Positions 59,910-64,000 of a stretch of 64,000 nucleotides of DNA are shown piece after piece. The stretch comes from an uncultured Spirochaetota bacterium. GTDB taxonomy: Bacteria > Spirochaetota > Spirochaetia > SZUA-6 > Fen-1364. The stretch covers positions 448,001 through 512,000 of the forward strand of contig CAVTHO010000005.1 in the NCBI GenBank assembly GCA_963734545.1, in the 5' to 3' direction. The stretch's first letter is position 1; each line of letters starts with the position of its first letter. A program made the translations under genes and the position numbers. The notes beneath the pieces were generated by a model. The model worked only from the letters and a program-made list of their open reading frames with translations. It searched no databases and was not told where the DNA came from.

Positions 59910-60396
59910 CGCGCTCCCCCTGCTGGGACTGGCAATCCGGATTGCCGCCGCAGCCGTATGGATTGGTGCGGGAGTTGCCAAGATCCCACAGATCGAAAGC
60001 TTTCGCGAGCTGGTAGGTCGTTACGGTATTCTGCCTCCCGCATTGGCAGCACCGTTCGCATATGTGCTGCCCTTTTTCGAGATCGGGCTTGGTCTTTACC
60101 TTGCCGCGGGACTTTTTGTCCGCGGCAGCGCGCTCGTAGGATCACTTCTCTTGGTGGTCTTCCTGGCCGCGCAGGCGCAGGCGTGGGCGCGTGGCATCAC
60201 GCTGGACTGCGGATGTTTTGGCACCGCTGTCCAGACGACAGTCGGCCCTTTGACATTACTGAGAGACGTGGGGCTCGGGATACCTACCTTCCTGATGCTG
60301 GCGCTCCCCGCACGCCGCCTTTCGCTCGACCGACGACTGTTCGGCGCCGAGGATCGGTTCGGCGGTGAAATGAATCCGCCTCCGGCGGCGCAATGA
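59893..60396 (+). CDS. MauE/DoxX-family membrane protein
   Basis: R...AGVAK, LPFFEIGLG, RGITLDCGCFG, LLRD. Confidence 0.85.
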   Translation: MPREHSALPLLGLAIRIAAAAVWIGAGVAKIPQIESFRELVGRYGILPPALAAPFAYVLPFFEIGLGLYLAAGLFVRGSALVGSLLLVVFLAAQAQAWARGITLDCGCFGTAVQTTVGPLTLLRDVGLGIPTFLMLALPARRLSLDRRLFGAEDRFGGEMNPPPAAQ

Positions 60397-60438
60397 AATC
60401 CGCCTCCGGCGGCGCAATGAAATCCGCCTCTGGCGGCA
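60373..60438. repeat. 24-nt tandem repeat, about 2.7 copies (AATCCGCCTCCGGCGGCGCAATGA)
   Basis: Copies at 60373, 60397 and 60421; each holds the hairpin CCGCC-TCC/TCT-GGCGG; the first supplies the DoxX stop codon. Confidence 0.85.
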
Positions 60439-60550
60439 CGGCTGCACATTAAGATTTCTTAATTTCCGCCTTAAACCTGACCAAATAAGTAGCCAATTCC
60501 AAAAGCGATTCATTAATTTCATTCAAGGATTTTTTTGAAAGGAGAGATGA

Positions 60551-61312
60551 ATGAGAAGAGCTGCCTTGAGACTTCTTTTTTCGATGCTCATTCTCGGCGT
60601 CACAACCGGGATTATCTGGGCGCAGTCTGCGAATACCATTCAGGTGAAGACCACTCCGGATGGGGTCAACTATCTGACTGACGCCGACGGCATGACCCTG
60701 TACTACTACACCCTGGACACCAACGGCCAGAGTGCGTGCTACGGAGGGTGTGCAAAGGCCTGGCCCATCTTCTACACGGAGACGATCTCCGTTCCCGATT
60801 CCCTGAATGCTTCGGATTTCGGCACCGTCACGCGCACGGACGGCACAAAGGAAACGACATACATGGGCTGGCCGCTGTACTACTGGGTGCAGGACAAGAA
60901 GCCCGGTGACATGTCCGGCGAGGGCGTCCACGACGTGTGGTACATCCTGAAGGTGCCGGCATACACGGTCATGATCGGCACGAACAAGGCGGTCGGCAAC
61001 TACCTCGTGGACGGCAATGGCGCCTCCCTGTACTACTTCACCAAGGACTCGGTGGGACAGAGCGCCTGCAGCGGAGACTGCATCAAGGCCTGGCCCGCTT
61101 TCACGGCGTCATCCATCGTGGTGCCTTCCGTGCTGAAGGCGGCAGATTTTTCCACGATCAAGCGGGCCGACGGGAGCATGCAGGTGGCCTACAAGGGCTG
61201 GCCGCTTTACTACTGGGTCAAGGACAAGCAGCGCGGGGACGTGACGGGCCAGAACGTCGGCAAGGTATGGTACGTCATCGATCCCGCGAAATTTCCCCCG
61301 AACAAAATGTAA
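60551..61312 (+). CDS. Secreted protein with four Lipoprotein_15 (PF03640)-type repeats
   Basis: Signal peptide; two copies of GxTLYY..D....SAC.G.C.KAWP and Y.GWPLYYWV.D...GD..G. Confidence 0.85.
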   Translation: MRRAALRLLFSMLILGVTTGIIWAQSANTIQVKTTPDGVNYLTDADGMTLYYYTLDTNGQSACYGGCAKAWPIFYTETISVPDSLNASDFGTVTRTDGTKETTYMGWPLYYWVQDKKPGDMSGEGVHDVWYILKVPAYTVMIGTNKAVGNYLVDGNGASLYYFTKDSVGQSACSGDCIKAWPAFTASSIVVPSVLKAADFSTIKRADGSMQVAYKGWPLYYWVKDKQRGDVTGQNVGKVWYVIDPAKFPPNKM

Positions 61313-61345
61313 CAAGGGTTTCTACCGCATCCTCATTTTCCAAAC

Positions 61346-61379
61346 AGGGCGCCCTTCAGTCCGGGCGCCCTCCTTTTTT
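61346..61379 (+). terminator. Rho-independent terminator
   Basis: AGGGCGCCC-TTCAGTCC-GGGCGCCCT followed by CCTTTTTT, 34 nt after the stop. Confidence 0.75.
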
Positions 61380-61619
61380 CCTTATACAAGCCGGGAAAAG
61401 CGGTGTGCTGAAAACTTGCAGCCTGTTCCCAGTGTTCCAGTCAGCGTTCCAGCCGTGTTCCGACTTTGGAACAGTACGAAACGCTTCCCGGGCCAATCCT
61501 GAGGGGTTTGCGCTGCTTTTGCAGTAAATAGCGGGTATTCGCGAATCGTAAGCTCTTGGCACATCAATTGCATGAATGGAATGGGAAGAACTGCGGCTCA
61601 ATCCAGGAAGGATGTGCAG

Positions 61620-63776
61620 ATGCAAAATCTCAAGCTGGCGGAGAAAATCGGCTTGGGTTTCGGGCTCGTGATTGCGATCGTGATCGCATTGGGGGCTGTC
61701 GCGATCCTCAACATGGTCGGCGTGCTCGGTGACGCGAAACGTATTGCCAACGAGACGGTTCCCCAGGTCGCGACATCGAACAACATCGAGCGCGACGCCC
61801 TGCTGACCATGTACAATATCCGCGGCTATACGCTCTCTCTCCAGCCGAAATATCTCGACCTTGCGAACATCTATCTGAAAAACGCCCGGCAGGACCTCGA
61901 GGATGCGACCGCTCTGGCAGCCCGGTATCCCCGCCTGGTCGTGCTGCGCAAGAACGTAAGCGAGGCCAAGGGAAAGCTGGAAGAGTACAGCAATCTGGCC
62001 GACCAGACGACCGCCGCCAATGCGGCACTGATCGATGCCCGGAAGGCTCACGAAGCGGCAGCCACGGCCTTCAACAATGCGTGCGCCGACTTCCTTCAGC
62101 TCGAGAACGAGGGTCTGGCGGCAGATGCGCAGAGACGGGCCGGCGGCGCCGCAATCGTCCAGAAAGCAGCTCGAATCAACGCGGTCCATGACGTTGTCGC
62201 CATGGGGAAGGACCTGCGGGCCGCAAGGTTCAGGTCCCAGGCGGAAAACAGCGCCGCAGTGATGCGGGACGGAATACAGATCTTCCAGCTCTATGACGTG
62301 AAGCTGAAAAGCATCGAAGAAACCGCGATGCAGACCGTGGAGAAGGAAAAGCTGCAGGCAGTACGGAAGGCCGCGACGGACTTCCTGGATTCCAGCAACG
62401 TCCTGCTCACCGGCACCTCCGCGCTGGAGGAGCTGAACAACAACCGGAACGATACCTCACAGGCCGTTCTGGAGACCGCGAAACAGTCATCGCAGGAAGG
62501 ACTGAAGGATGCAGCAGCCATCACCGCGGTCACCGTATCCCGCCTGGTCACCGCCGCGCTCATGCTCGTGATCGGCGTCGGAGCGGCGCTCCTCATCGGC
62601 ATTGCCGTGGCAATCGCAATTACCCGCGCAATCACCCGTCCCCTGTCAAAGGGTGTCGCATTCGCCCAGGTCGTGGCAGGGGGGGACCTCACGCAGCAGC
62701 TCGAGATCCGGCAGCATGACGAAGTGGGCGCTCTTGTGGAGTCCCTGAATATCATGGCGCAGAAGCTCAAGGCCATGCTGGGCTCCGTACAGGAGAGCGC
62801 CGCGCTGGTGGCGTCCTCCAGCGAGCAGATATCCACCAGCGCCCAGAAGCTGTCGGAAGGCGCGCAGAATCAGGCCTCGACTCTCGAAGAGACCAGTGCG
62901 TCCGTGGAAGAGCTGACATCCTCCATCGACCAGGTGAGCGCCCATGCGCAGTCGCAGTCCACGGCGGCAGAGGAGGGGGCGCGTTCGATGTCGGAAGTCA
63001 GGCAGTCCATCGAGGCGGTGTCCGCCAATCTCAGCGAGATCTCCGGGCTCGCGCGGACCTCCGTGGACAACGCCGTGGACGGGGCGAAGGCCGTCGACTC
63101 AGTCGTGCAGGGCATCAACATGATTGCCGAGAGCTCGGAGAAGATCAGCGGGATCGTGAATGTGATCTCCGACATCGCCGACCAGACCAACCTCCTGGCC
63201 CTCAACGCGGCCATCGAGGCGGCCCGGGCGGGCGAGCACGGCAGAGGCTTCGCGGTGGTGGCGGATGAGGTGAGCAAGCTCGCCGAGAGGAGCGCCTCCT
63301 CCACCAAGGAGATCGAGGGCCTCATCAAGGAGAGCGTGAAAAACGTGCAGGAAGGCGTGAAGACAGCCATGGGCTCGCAGCTTGCGATGGAGCAGATCCG
63401 CGCGGCTTCTCAGCGGGTGAATGAGATGATTTCCGGTGTTGCAGAGTCGATGGCCCAGCAGGTAGCGGCGATCCTTGCGCTTTCCCGGTCCCTGACCAGC
63501 GTCAGGGAAATGAGCATGAGCATTACCGCGGCCACGGAGGAGCAGTCGACGAACTCCCGGCAGGTTTCCAAGGCAGTTGAAAACGTGAACGAAATCACGC
63601 AGGCGGCGGCCAGTGCGTCCGAGGAAATGACAGCCTCCACCGTGCAGCTTTCCCTCATGGCACAGGAGCTGCAGAAGCTCGTCGGACAATTCAAGATAGC
63701 GCGGGAAGACGAAGAAAAGGGAGAACCGCTGGTTGGGGATTCATCGCCCGTTCTCGCCCTTGCCGCGGATGATTGA
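61620..63776 (+). CDS. Methyl-accepting chemotaxis protein
   Basis: Two TM helices around a large helical periplasmic domain, HAMP (GDLT...DEVG), [33 protein letters not shown]. Confidence 0.95.
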   Translation: MQNLKLAEKIGLGFGLVIAIVIALGAVAILNMVGVLGDAKRIANETVPQVATSNNIERDALLTMYNIRGYTLSLQPKYLDLANIYLKNARQDLEDATALAARYPRLVVLRKNVSEAKGKLEEYSNLADQTTAANAALIDARKAHEAAATAFNNACADFLQLENEGLAADAQRRAGGAAIVQKAARINAVHDVVAMGKDLRAARFRSQAENSAAVMRDGIQIFQLYDVKLKSIEETAMQTVEKEKLQAVRKAATDFLDSSNVLLTGTSALEELNNNRNDTSQAVLETAKQSSQEGLKDAAAITAVTVSRLVTAALMLVIGVGAALLIGIAVAIAITRAITRPLSKGVAFAQVVAGGDLTQQLEIRQHDEVGALVESLNIMAQKLKAMLGSVQESAALVASSSEQISTSAQKLSEGAQNQASTLEETSASVEELTSSIDQVSAHAQSQSTAAEEGARSMSEVRQSIEAVSANLSEISGLARTSVDNAVDGAKAVDSVVQGINMIAESSEKISGIVNVISDIADQTNLLALNAAIEAARAGEHGRGFAVVADEVSKLAERSASSTKEIEGLIKESVKNVQEGVKTAMGSQLAMEQIRAASQRVNEMISGVAESMAQQVAAILALSRSLTSVREMSMSITAATEEQSTNSRQVSKAVENVNEITQAAASASEEMTASTVQLSLMAQELQKLVGQFKIAREDEEKGEPLVGDSSPVLALAADD

Positions 63777-64000
63777 GAATGCCGACGCGCACGTGACGTG
63801 AAGCCGACAGCATCCTGCAGGGCCCGGTGACGACGGCGTGTCCTCTTCCGGGTGCGCTCTCCCTCCTGCTCAGCTCGCGAGCTGCCGTTGCTCCTGTGTG
63901 CAGCGGCACTCGGAGCAGCGCTCTACCATGTTCCTGGAAGCGTTCTTCCTCTGCTCCGGCAGTTCCCTCACACGTATCTGACGCCATGCCTTTGCCCTCA

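Noticed and set aside
60373-60438. Possible CRISPR array (also considered for 44250-44307)
   Set aside because: Repeats are directly tandem or separated by 11-14 nt related spacers, with no unique 30-40 nt spacers and no cas genes.
61380-61620. c-di-GMP riboswitch in the MCP leader
   Set aside because: No convincing GEMM two-hairpin layout on the sense strand; an Rfam scan would be needed to exclude it fully.
63691-64000. Minus-strand ORF 63691-63987
   Set aside because: It overlaps the MCP end, has no recognisable motif and lies at the window edge.

Overview
High-GC bacterial chromosome segment from a probably anaerobic or microaerotolerant fermenter; the gene content would fit a free-living Spirochaetia-like organism, but that is inference only. 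Roughly 25 single-base frameshifts interrupt otherwise intact genes and look like long-read assembly errors. From left to right the window holds: a VIT1/CCC1 gene and an XRE-cupin regulator; a fused TRAP dctQM; a kdpFABC-ankyrin-kdpDE operon; a HAD hydrolase and membrane adenylate cyclase; an electron-bifurcating [FeFe]-hydrogenase operon (hydCBA) with a Rex box, followed by a sensory [FeFe]-hydrogenase-histidine kinase fusion, a receiver protein and a REC-PAS-kinase; MFS, cytochrome b5/DUF2231 and cydAB; btuF-cobU-cobT-cobS divergent from metE and a YitJ-like gene; aroC, PTS IIA, a PII-like gene and a G3P-dehydrogenase-like trio; fabH, fabD, a fabG remnant and fabF; ptb; a Crp island; tRNA-Leu(CAA) and tRNA-Ile2/Met(CAT); an arabinose operon (araA-like, GlpK-like kinase, GH51); a phytol kinase/DUF92 gene; proBA; TlpA, MauE/DoxX and a PF03640 protein; and an MCP. 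The two most unusual signals are (1) a family of modular hairpin repeats, including a 30-nt two-hairpin element with covarying stems that inserts at GTAC sites, nests inside itself and sits in frame in cobS, and (2) a candidate H2-sensing phosphorelay attached to the hydrogenase operon.
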